Assembly: GCF_009834535.1 (NCBI RefSeq)
Contig: NC_045696.1
Coordinates: 34,288,001 to 34,352,000, forward strand
Direction: 5' to 3'
DNA: 64,000 nt
Source: Camelus ferus
Lineage: Eukaryota
Shown: piece after piece, positions 39,801 through 51,179 of the stretch
Numbering within the stretch: position 1 is the stretch's first letter
How the letters are laid out: every line of letters starts with the position of its first letter
Program-made: the position numbers and the translations under genes
Notes under the pieces: model-generated
Seen by the model: only the letters and a program-made list of their open reading frames with translations
What the model was told of the DNA's origin: nothing
Databases searched by the model: none

Positions 39801-42599
39801 ACCAAAGCAGTTCTAACAGGAAAGTTTATAGCAATACCTCAGAAAACAAGAAAAATCTCAAATAAACAATTTAACTTAACATCTAAAGGAACTAGAAGAA
39901 GAAGGACAAACAAAGCCCAAAGTTTGTAGAAGGAAGAAAATGATAAAAAATCAGAACAAAATAAACTTAAATAGAGACTAAAACAACAATAGAAAAAAAT
40001 CAATGAAACTAAGAGCTGGTTCTTTGAAAAAATAAACAAAACTGATAAAACTTTAGCCAGACTCACCAAGAAAAAAGAAAGAAAGAAGGAAAGAACCCAA
40101 ATAAATAAAATCAGAAATGAATTAGAAGTTACACTCAGTACCACAGAAGTACAAAGAATTATAAGAGGCTGCTATGGACAATTATATACCAACAAATTGG
40201 ACAACCTGGAAGAAATGGAGAAATTTCTAGAAGCATATAATCTTCAAAGACTGAATCAGGAATAAATAGAAAATATAAACTGACCAATTACCTAGTAATA
40301 AAATTGAGTCAGTAACCAAAAAACTCCCAGCCAACAAAAGTGCAGGACCAGATGACCTCACAGGTGAATTCTACCAAATATTCAGAGTTAATACCTATTC
40401 TTCTCAAACTACTCCAAAATATCGAAAAGGAAGGGAACTCTTCCAAACTCATTTAATGAGGCCAACAGCACCCTGATATCAAAATTAACAAAGACACTAC
40501 AAAAAAAATTACAGGCCAATATCTCTGATGAACACAGATGTAGAAATTTTCAACAAAATATTAGAAAACTAAACTCAATAATACATTAAAATGGTCACAC
40601 ATCATGATCAAGTGGGCTTTATTCCAGGGATGCAAGGAAGGTTCAGTATTTACAAATCAATTAACATGATACACCACATTAATGAAACAAAGCATAAAAA
40701 TCATATGATCATTGTTAATAGATACAGAAAAAACATTTGACAAAATTCTGCATCCTTTTATGATAAAAACTCTCAACAGAGTGGGTATAGAGGAAACACA
40801 CCTCAAAGCAACACAAGCCATTTATGGCAAACCCACAGGTAGTATCACAGTCAGTGGTGAAAAGCTAACGGTGATCTTTTCCTCTAAGATCAGGAACAAG
40901 ACAAGGATGCCCGCTCTTGACACTTTTATTCAATATAGTATTGGAAGTCCTACCCACAGCAACCAGACAAAATAGAGATAAAAGTCATCCAAACTGGAAA
41001 AAAAGTAAAACTGTCACTATTTGCAGATAACATGTTACTATATATAGACAACCTTAAACTCCACCAAAAAAAAAATCTATTAGAATTATTAATCACAAGC
41101 AGTAAAGTTGCAAAATACAAAATTAATATACAGAAATCAGCAGCATTTCTCTACACTAATAACAAACTATCAGAAAGAGAGATTAAGAAAGCAATCCTAT
41201 TCATAATTGCATCAAAAGAGTAAAATACCTAGAAACAAATTTAACCAAGGAGGTGAAAGACTTGTACTCTGAAAACTGTAAGAAAAAGGACAGAAATTGA
41301 AAAAAAAAGACGCAAATAAATGAAAATATATTTTATGCTCATGGATTGGAAGAATTAATGTTGTTAAAATGTCCATACTACCCAAAGCAATCTACAGATT
41401 CAATACAATCTCTATTAAAATACCCATGGCATTTTCCACAGAACTAGAACAAATAATCCTAAAACTTGTATGGAACCACAAAAAAATTCAAATAGCCAAA
41501 AAATTCTTGAGAAAGAAGAAAGCTAGAGGTATCACACTCCCTCAATTCGAGCTGTATTACAAAGCTATAATAATCAAAACATTACGTTTCAGGCACAAAA
41601 ACAGACACACAGATCAATGGAACTGAATAGAAGGCCCAGGAATAAACCCATGTTAATGTGGTCAGTTAATGTATGACAAAGGAACCAAGAATATACCATG
41701 TAGGAAAGACAGTTTATTCAATAAATGGTTTTGAGAAAACAGGACAGCTGCATGTAAAACAATGAAACTGGATTTTTTCTTACACCATACACAAAAATAA
41801 ATTCAAAGTGGATGAAAGAGTTAAAAGTAAGAACTGAAACCCCAAAATGTCTAGAAGAAAACATAGGCAATACACTCTTTGACACTGGATCTAGCGATAT
41901 TTTTTTAATTTCTCTTCAGGCAGGGGCAATGAAACAAAAGGAAACAAATGGGACTACATCAAATGAAAAAGCTTTTGCACAGCAAGGAGAACCATCAACA
42001 AAATGAAAAGGCGACCTACTGAATAGAGAATATATTTGCAAATGATGTAACTAGTAAGGATTTAATATCCAAAAAATATAAGTTCTTATACAACTCAAAA
42101 TTAAAAAAAAAAAAACAATTAAAAAATGGGCAGAGGACCCAAACAGACATTTTTTCAAGACATACAGATGGCCACAGGCACAAGAAAAGATGCTTAACAT
42201 CACACTTGATTTTAGTCAAAAAGCTGAGTAGCGATCAGCATCACAGCATCACTAATCATCAGGGAAATGCAAATCAAAACCGTAATAAGAGGTCACCGCA
42301 CATCTGTCAGAATGGCTGTTACCAAAAAGACAACAAATAATAAGTGTTGTCAAGGATGTGGATAAAAAGCAAACTTCCTATACTATTGGTGGGAATGTAA
42401 ATTGGCTCAACCACTGTGGAAAATAGTATGGAAGTTCCTCAAAAAATTAAAATTAGAATGACCATACAATACAGCAAGAAAACTAAAGCACTAATTTGAA
42501 TAGATAGATACACACCAATGTTCATTACAGCATTATTTACAATAGCCAAGATATGGAAGCAAACTGTCCACTGATGAATGAGTGGATAAAAAGATGTGG

Positions 42600-42600
<1 letters not shown>
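36895..42600 (+). mobile_element. Near full-length degraded L1 (5'UTR, internally deleted ORF1, ORF2); 3'UTR missing
   Basis: GC-richer 5'UTR, ORF1 remnants at ~37990-38420, ORF2 EN start at ~38920 (ggactaaatgctccaatcaaaag), RT motif tttgcagataacatg. It ends at aagatgtgg followed by (TA)n. Confidence 0.93.
42202..42235 (-). pseudogene. RNU2: U2 snRNA 5'-end retrofragment (nt 1-34)
   Basis: Reverse complement atcgctactcagctttttgactaaaatcaagtgt versus U2 ATCGCTTCTCGGCCTTTTGGCTAAGATCAAGTGT (29/34 identical). Flanked by aacatca and cagcatca duplications of the host L1 sequence. Confidence 0.88.
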
Positions 42601-42637
<37 letters not shown>

Positions 42638-42662
42638 GTGTATATATATACACATATATATA
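42601..42662. repeat. (TA)n microsatellite
   Basis: Directly visible. Confidence 0.95.
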
Positions 42663-42917
42663 CTAGGCTGTTTGTATGAATTATTTCTCTCTTATGTAAT
42701 AATCAATGTAATTGATGTAATGTAATAATTACATTAAACCCATGCAATGGGAAGAAATGCTGTCTCCACTGTATAGAGGCAAACACTAAGAAACAAAGAA
42801 ATACAATAAACACCTCAAGTATAAGTAGATAATAAGCAGTTAAGGAACGTTTTAAATTCAAGAAGTCTCTTCTCTATGAGAGTAGAGATACTTGAAATGC
42901 TTGAACTGACATGTGAC

Positions 42918-42960
42918 ATTAAGATTATAAAATGCCATTATGGCATTTTATAATCTTAAT
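42918..42960. repeat. Perfect inverted repeat: 21-bp arms with a 1-nt spacer
   Basis: attaagattataaaatgccat-t-atggcattttataatcttaat. Confidence 0.95.
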
Positions 42961-44044
42961 ACCAAAATAAAGTTTGCTACAAGTCTACATAAACAAAAAC
43001 CTTTCTTTTCCTTTCTTTTCTATTCTTTTAAATTGTGTTTGAATAAAAGAAGATCAAGAAAGAGATAGTCTCAGTGTTTGGGGCCAAAGGTATAATTGCT
43101 GAAGGATGAAGAAAATAGTAAACCTCTTCAATTCTTGTTTTGTTTCTGTCCTCTCTGTAAATGGAAATAATCCCTTTACTGAAAGAAGTGGAACAGACAT
43201 TTTTAGAAAGGCAAATAAACTTAAAATGGATGAAAGATTTAAAAATCTACTCTAAATGAGTTAGTCATTTGGCCACAGACAAGTTACATCTCAGACTATT
43301 AAAGAAACCAAAAATAAGAAAAGGAGAAAATTATAAATAGTGGCTTAAGAGGGAAAGGATTCTAAAATACAGGCTAAGAGAAAGACGTGAACTGTGTAAA
43401 TTATAAAATATAATGATTCTAATAAAAATATCAGAAAAGTTTATATTATACAAGAAAAATGCTATATATATATATATATGAATGTTCATTTCAGCCTTGT
43501 ATATAATAACAAAAATTAGAAACAACTTAAATATCCAATAATAAGTTATTACATAAATTATGTTACCTCCATGCTATAGAATACCTTGCAGTCTATGAAG
43601 GTGACATATAGAGAATATATGAATGTGGAATGTTTGAAAACTGTTTAGTAAACATTCCTTGTTTGTATGGTGTGGGGGGGTGTGTGTTTAGATGTAAATT
43701 TATTGAACAGTGAGATGTCTAGAAAGATAAAATGTGTAGACATTTTTCAGATATTTATAGGAGAATTGTGATTTTAAGCATTTTAAACTATTTTATTAAA
43801 AAATTTATAATAAACATGTATTATCTTTGATTTTTAAAAGTTTTACAAAGCAACATTTATTGGAGAGTTGTTTCATGAGCACCTTCACCACCCTATATGT
43901 GTTCATATCTAGCAAGGCCTGCTTATTTCTTGATAATCAACAAATTAGTAGAAAGGAGAATCATGGTACCCGTAAAGGACTTAAACCAAATAAGCATATT
44001 AGAAATAGAAAGTAACTTCCTAAAACTGACAGAAGCCATCTCAT

Positions 44045-46172
44045 CTCAATTTGCTGAGCCTTATAATCATAAGTAGAAGTTCAATTTTATTGAAAGATTT
44101 TTCTGCATCTATTTAAATTATCATATGGTTTTCTCTTATATACTGTTACTATGATAGATTACATACATTTATATTAGAATGTTAAGCCATTCCCGAGTTA
44201 AGCCCTACTTGCTTATGATGCATTATCCTTTTCCTGTATCATTGGATTCGAAATGCTGTCTTAACATCCTTTTAATGTGTAAAGAATATGCAGTGATATT
44301 TTTCTCTCATTCACTAAAAATCTATTAGAACCAATGAACGAATTCAGCAAGGTTACTAGTCACGTGATCAAGTTGTAAAATTTAATTGTATTTTTAGACA
44401 TTAACAAGGAATAATTTTTAAAATGAAATTAAGACAACAATTTTATTTCTCATAGCATGAAAAAGAGTAAAATACTTAGGAATAAACTAAACAAAAGAAG
44501 TGCAAAATTTATAATCTGAAAACCACAAAACAGTATTAAAAGAAATTAAAGAAGACCTAATAAATGGAAAGACATTCCTTTTTCAAGAATCAGAACACTA
44601 ATATGGGTAAGATAATAATACTCCCCAAATTGATCTACAGATTTATTAGAATCTACATCAAAACCTGTGTTGGCTTTATTGACAAAATTTACAAACTGAT
44701 CTCAAAATTCATACAAAATTTCAGGGGACTGAGAATAGCTAAAAGCATTTTGAAAAAGCACAAATTTGGAGGACTCACATTTCCCAATTTCAGAACTTAA
44801 TACAAAGCAACAGAAATCAAGAAAATATATTACTGGCATAAGTGTAAATATATAGATCAATGGAATAATATCAAGAGTCTAAAAATAAACCCTTACATTT
44901 ATAATTAACTGATTTTCAATAAGGTGCTTAGATAATTTGATGGAGAAAGAAATAATATTTTCAACAACTGGTACTGAGACAACTGGATATTCAGTTGAAG
45001 GTGAATTTTTCTCTTCATACTAGATTAAGTACAGAAATGTAAGAGCTAAAACTCTAAAACTCTTAGAAGAAAATATAGGAGTAAATCTTAATGACTATGG
45101 ATTAAGTAAAGACTTCTTACATATGACACCAAGAGCACACTAAGAGACAAAGGAAGAAATAGATAATTTAAATTTTATCAAAATCAAAAACTTCACAGAA
45201 CACCAATCAAGAAAGATAAAACAACAACCACCCATAGAATGGGAGAAAAAAATTGGAGATTATATATCAAATAAGAAATTTTTATTTAAAATATGTAAAA
45301 ACTCTTACAACTCAATTATTAAAAAAATACAACTAAAAATGGACAAAGGATATGAATGGATGCTTTTCTAAAAATATACAAATGGACCATAAGCACACGC
45401 AAATACGCTCAGCACCATTAGTTATTAGAAAAATGCAAATCAAAACACCAATGAGGTGTCCTGTTACTCCCAGTAGAATGGCTATAATCAAAAAGATAAT
45501 AAAAAAAGTTGACAAGGATATGAGAAATTGGAATCCTCATATTTAATGTAGAATGCTGCAGATACTTAGAAAACAATCTGCCAGTTCCTGAAAAAGTTAA
45601 ATATAGAATTACCATATGTCCAGCAATTCTACTCCTAGGTATAGAGAGAAATGAAATAAACACATGACTATGCAGAAACTTATACATGTATATGTTGCAT
45701 CATTATTCATAACAGTCAAAAATTGGAAACAACCCAAGTGTCCTTCATCTGATGAATAGATAAATAAAATGTGGTATATCTATACAATGGAATACTTAAT
45801 TCTGCAATCAAAAGGAATGAAGTACTGTTATATGCTGTAACATGGATGAACCTTGAAAACATGCTAAGTGAAAGAAGTCAGTCACAGAAGACTACATATT
45901 CTATGTTCTATTTATATTAAATGTCTGGAATAAGCAAATCTATAGAGACAGAAAGATTGTTGGTTACCCAGGACAAGGGGATGGGATGGGGAGAATGGGG
46001 AGTGAGTGCTAATGGGAATGAAGTTTCTTTGGGTGATAAATATGTTCTAAGATTGATTATGATGATGGTTGCACAACTCTATGTATACTAAAAACCAAGT
46101 ATTATAAACTTCAAATGAGTAAATTTTATGGGATATGAATTACATATCAACAAAACTGTTAAACAAAAAACT
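44045..46172 (+). mobile_element. Older L1 (L1MB-like) ORF2 3' half and 3'UTR, preceded by an inverted ORF2 segment (about 44045-44310)
   Basis: The + strand runs ctattagaaccaatgaacgaattcagcaagg...gaattacatatcaacaaaactgtt. The upstream segment reads as L1 on - (gatgcagaaaaatctttcaataaaatt). Confidence 0.88.
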
Positions 46173-46348
46173 GTAACTAAGGTAGGAGATTGTTAGAGAA
46201 AGAGCAAAGAGTCAGGGAAAGGGTAGAAGGGAGAGAAGAGGCCTAGGGACAGGGCTTAACAACAAGGGAAGGGCTGGAATTGGAGTTGGTAGGGCTCGTC
46301 CTAGAGGTTTTATAAAAACAAAAGCTCAAACTGTAAAATACATACTAT

Positions 46349-46503
46349 TGGAGGGAGATTATAGCTCCGTGGTAGCATGCACGAGGTCCTGGCTTCAATC
46401 CCCAGCACCTCCATTTAAAATAAATAAATAAATGAATAAATAAATAGATAAATAAATCTAATACCTCCTCCCTCCAAAAAAACTCAAAGAATAAAAATAA
46501 AAT
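46349..46503 (+). mobile_element. Camelid Vic-1-type SINE with 14-bp TSD aaaatacatactat
   Basis: atagctccgtggtagcatgcacgaggtcctggcttcaatccccagcacctcc followed by (TAAA)n. The TSD is at 46335-46348 and 46504-46517. Confidence 0.9.
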
Positions 46504-46611
46504 AAAATACATACTATATAGCACCACATAACTACTCTTAATAATACCTTTGACTTTAACATTAAATCAATATACAAAACTGTTTTTTTATTAATGGTGT
46601 TGTGGGAGGAA

Positions 46612-46790
46612 AACATACTTTGGAATCAGTTATAAGATGAATTCAATCCAATTTATGCCACTTACTAGCTGGTTAACGCTATGAAAGTCGCTTAGATTCT
46701 CTAAGCCTCATCTCCTCTATCTGTGAACTAGGGACACTGATACATTTCTCTTAGTCTCACAACACATGTAAGGTGCTTGCTGCAGTTGTG
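46612..46790 (+). mobile_element. MIR fragment
   Basis: ctttggaatcag...tgccacttactagctgg...ctctaagcctcatctcctctatctgtgaactaggg. Confidence 0.75.
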
Positions 46791-48773
46791 GTGTCGGTAG
46801 CTGTTAGTAGAAGTAATAGTAATAACCATTATTGTTCAATTATGATTACTACCAATTTCCCATATTCTCCTGAAAGTTCTGCGAACAGGATAATCTAAAC
46901 TTTGTTATTAATAGAGTGGTGCCTCTAGGTTCTACAACAGATAGCTTTAAAAAACGTTTTTTCTTTCATTTTATATCAAACAGTTATAGAATAATAAATG
47001 TTTTTCATTATGTAGAAGAAAACATAAGGGCAAACAATAAGCATAAATAGCTGATCTGAAGGCCAATAGTATATGACACAATAACATAACCCCCTCTCTG
47101 TGGTATCACCATTTAGAAAAGAACATTAAAGTAAAAGGAAAATAGAGCTAGATGTATAGAAAACAGGAGACTAATAGAAATTGGAGTGCCAAAAAGAAGA
47201 GAAAGAGCAAGAAAGTAAACAAATGCAACTAAGAGCAAATAATTCTTAATTATTATATCAACTTAAAAATGGACAGTTTCAGTTATGACAATAACATAGA
47301 AAAGGTAAAAATTACATATAAATTTTGTATGTTGTAGTATCATATCATAACATAGCATAGTACATAATAATATATTATCAGGGCCAAACACTATGTATTT
47401 TACAGAGAGATTCTCTTTTAACTTTGAAAGGTTAATTAAACATCATGTATTTGTGCATTTATCCATAACACCCCTGCTAAAAAGGCAGTTAAGAAAGAAA
47501 ATGGCATTAAGCCACAAGGAATGAAACAACAGGAAAGCAGACATTAGGTTTCCATGTTTTGCTAGGAGATGGGAAAACTGAAAGCAGGTAGATGAGTGGT
47601 AGCTGGCTCCGCCACACCCGTGAGAGGCTCAGGACAAGCACTGGGCATCTTAAAAAGTGAGTATAGCACAGTCCCGAAAACAGGTGTATTGGTTAGAAGT
47701 CTTCTGTGTATAATGGAAAACTATGGCTAGGTCTTCTGACTGTGCATTGTAGCCAGGCAGTAATTTCTCTATCCTCACCCCACGAGAAAGACGGGGGAGT
47801 TATTCTCCAGGAAAATTGCAGCAGAGATTTTCCTGCACAAAAAAAACGCCAAGCACGGAGGCACGGCATAGAAAGATTAAGTGAAATTTTACATAATAAA
47901 GAGTGGAATCCCCCATTACCTTACCCCTTACTACTCCCAGAATGCTTCAAAAAAAGAGACTGGAAGATTCTTCTCTGGAGTAATTGAACAATCCCAAATA
48001 ACAGACATTTTCCATGGAATATGCAGTTCACTGATCCATCAATTTTAATGAAGCCCACTCTTAGGTAGGTACAACGTGGCACACAGAGCTTCTGTATCCC
48101 ACTTTTAAATATTAATGAATATCCAAACAACGTCAGACATTTTAAGATACCTCCAATATGAAAAGCAGAGAGTGACAGCAAGGGGAGGAGAAAGGAGAGA
48201 TATTCTATACAGTATCATTGAATGACACTGTAAAAGACACCAGATAATTTAACAAACATCATTTTTGAAAAACAGAAGTTAATGGATTTTATTTTTAAAG
48301 ATATGTACCTAATATATTTCTTCATGCATATGTTTCAAAAATTACTGAGCATCTTCCAATTTCTAGGCATAAGGCAAATTACTAAGGGTGAGCAAAGATG
48401 AATGGAATAGTTTTTACTTGAAATAGCTCAGAGTCCAGAAGAAAACAGACAAATACACAAACACAAATTAATTACAACAAAGTGTGATAAATGATAAAAT
48501 AGTAGAATGAACACAGCCTGAGGTACAATAGAAACAATAATTAAATGTTTGGGAGAGTCTGCTTCCCAAAGCAGCATTAAATTATACTTTAAAACGAATT
48601 CACTAATCCTATTTCATATGTAAATATGTGCTTAAAGTAATACAAGGAAACATTTATAATTTAAAAGTGTTGAGAAGTTTTTTTTCTCTTTGAAAACTAG
48701 AAGCTTTATGGGTGAACCCTGTTCAGAGAAGCTGTCTACTTCATCCCAGTGTGCTTAGTAGGACTTCACTTAC

Positions 48774-48904
48774 AATAGCGGGCTTACTCATACTGATCAG
48801 CTGCTGCCTTAGGCTCTCTGTGTTCAACTTTGGACTATTACCATGATGGCATTTTAAATGGTTACAGACTTGGCACGGAGCTTTGGACAAATTGTATTAA
48901 AATC
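48774..48904 (-). pseudogene. Candidate exon with an apparent 1-nt frameshift (131 bp; DFNTICPKLRAKSVTI/LKCHHGNSPKLNTESLRQQLISMSKPAI)
   Basis: Acceptor gcatttcccacag| and donor TATT|gtaagt. Length is 132-1, and adding one T in ATTTAAAA gives a fully open phase 0-0 exon. Confidence 0.45.
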
Positions 48905-48983
48905 CTGTGGGAAATGCACTTAATTAAACAATAATAATTTACCAAAACTTTTACTAAGCTGTTAAGTCTCATGTCACATTTTT

Positions 48984-50486
48984 ATTTTTATTTTTATTTT
49001 TTTAACATTTTTTATTGATTTATAATCATTTTACAATGTTGTGTCAAATTCCAGTGTTCAGCACAATTTTTCAGTTATTCATGGACATATACACACTCAT
49101 TGTCACATTTTTTTCTCTGTGAGTTATCATAACATTTTGTGTATATTTCCCTGTGCTATACAGTGTAGTCTATTCTACAATTTTGAAATCCCAGTCTATC
49201 CCTTCCCACCCTCCACCCCCCTGGTAACCACAAGTCTGTATTCTCTGTCTGTGAGTCTATTTCTGTCCTTTATTTACACTTTGTTTTTGTTTGTTTGTTT
49301 GTTTTTGTTTTTGTTTTTTTTTAGATTCCACATATGAGCGATCTCATATGGTATTTTTCTTTCTCTTTCTGCCTTACTTCACTTAGAATGACATTCTCCA
49401 GGAGCATCCATGTTGCTGCAAATGGCATTATGTTGTCGGTTTTTATGGCTGAGTAGTATTCCATTGTATAAATATACCACATCTTCTTTATCCAGTCACC
49501 TGTTGATGGACATTTAGGCTGTTTCCATGTTTTGGCTATTGTAAATAGTGCTGCTATGAACATTGGGGTGCAGGTGTCATCCTGAAGTAGATTTCCTTCT
49601 GGATACAAGCCCAGACAATACTATAGAGCTACAGTCATCAAGACAGCATGGTATTGGTACCAAAACAGACATATAGACCAATGGAACAGAATAGAGAGCC
49701 CAGAAATGAACCCACAAACTTTTGGTCAACTCATCTTTGACAAAGGAGGCAAGAATATACATTGGAATAAAGACAGTCTCTTCAGCAAATGGTGTTGGGA
49801 AAACTGGACAGCAGCATGTAAAACAGTGAAGCTAAAACACTCCCTTACACCATATACAAAAATCAACTCAAAATGGATTAAAGACTTAAACATAAGACAA
49901 GATACAATAAACCTCCTAGAGGAAAACATAGGCAAAACATTATCTGACATACATCTCAAAAATTTTCTCCTAGAAGAAATAAAAGCAAGAATAAACAAAT
50001 GGGACCTAATGAAACTTACAAGCTTCTGCACAGCAAAGGAAACCAGAAATAAAACAAGAAGAAAACCTACGGAATGGGAGAAAAATTTTGCAAGTGAAAC
50101 CGACAAAGGCTTGATCTCCAGAATATATAAGCAGCTCATACGACTCAATAAGAAAAAAATAAACAACCCAATCCAAAAATGGGCAGAAGACCTAAACAAG
50201 CAATTCTCCAAGGAAGACATACAAATGATCAAAAAGCACATGAAAAAATGCTCAATATCACTAATTATCATAGAAATGCAAATCAAAACTACAATGAGGT
50301 ATCACCTCACACCAGTCAGAATGGCCGTCATTCAAAAATCCACAAATGACAAATGCTGGAGAGGCTGTGGAGAAAGGGGAACCCTCCTACACTGCTGGTG
50401 GGAATGCAGTTTGGTGCAGCCACTATGGAAAACAGTGTGGAGATTCCTCAAAAGACTAGGAATAGACTTACCATATGACCCAGGAA
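48984..50486 (-). mobile_element. Young 5'-inverted (twin-primed) L1 with a 15-bp TSD
   Basis: (TTTTTA)n tail and antisense 3' segment at 48984-49614, then a sense ORF2 segment at 49612-50488 (uninterrupted 265-aa ORF). TSD tcatgtcacattttt at 48969-48983 and 50487-50501. Confidence 0.96.
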
Positions 50487-50896
50487 TCATGTCACATTTT
50501 TAAAAAGTACACATATAAAGATATAATAAACTTATTTTTAAAATAATCACAATTTGTTCTCCATCAAGGACACATATTAATCAATCTTTTAAACACTAAT
50601 GTCGGATAATTCTATTACATTTTAAACACTTGGAGTCTACGTTTTTGTCCTAGTAAATTTCCATTAATTACAGTAGAGTTTGTTTACATATATTAAGAAC
50701 TGGCAATGATCCAGCTATAGGGTTTTACCTTGATTTTTCAAAAACATCCTTTTTTAAATTGACATTATTTCTATAACTGCATCTATGCAGAAATAACCAC
50801 AGGACATAGGAAAAGAAACAAAGACCTGTTTATTGTTAAGTACATGCTGATTTTTTCAATATTCCCATTTGATACTCCAATTGGCTGAGTACTCAC

Positions 50897-51179
50897 TAGT
50901 ACAAAAGCATGCAAAGTACCCTGTCTGGTTGACCAGAAGCTGTTTAGTTGTAAATTACACTTCTATGAACTATCTTCTCTTTAAAATTTGGCTTGCATGT
51001 ATTGACAAGTTTCTGATCAAAAGATTAGCAACATGGAAGATAACTTTATTGTGTCAAAACCTGATGATTTTGCTCTGATTTTCTTGCTTTCTTCACATAA
51101 ATTTAACTTTTTGTTGTTTAACAGTTTACCCTTTCTGTGGAATTTCATACATTGTATCCAAGTACACTCAAGGTAACTT
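50897..51179 (-). pseudogene. Candidate 5' exon of the - strand unit, containing an ATG (MYEIPQKG...)
   Basis: Strong acceptor tctttctttctccag|, with donors at gtaaac (51129) or CTA|gtgagt (50896). The long form has multiple stops. Confidence 0.35.

Noticed and set aside
49726..50286. 186-aa hydrophobic ORF on the - strand
   Set aside because: It is the antisense shadow of L1 ORF2, a common artefact.
49706..50503. 265-aa ORF as a host gene
   Set aside because: It is an L1 ORF2p C-terminal fragment inside a truncated, inverted insertion, with no promoter, EN or RT.
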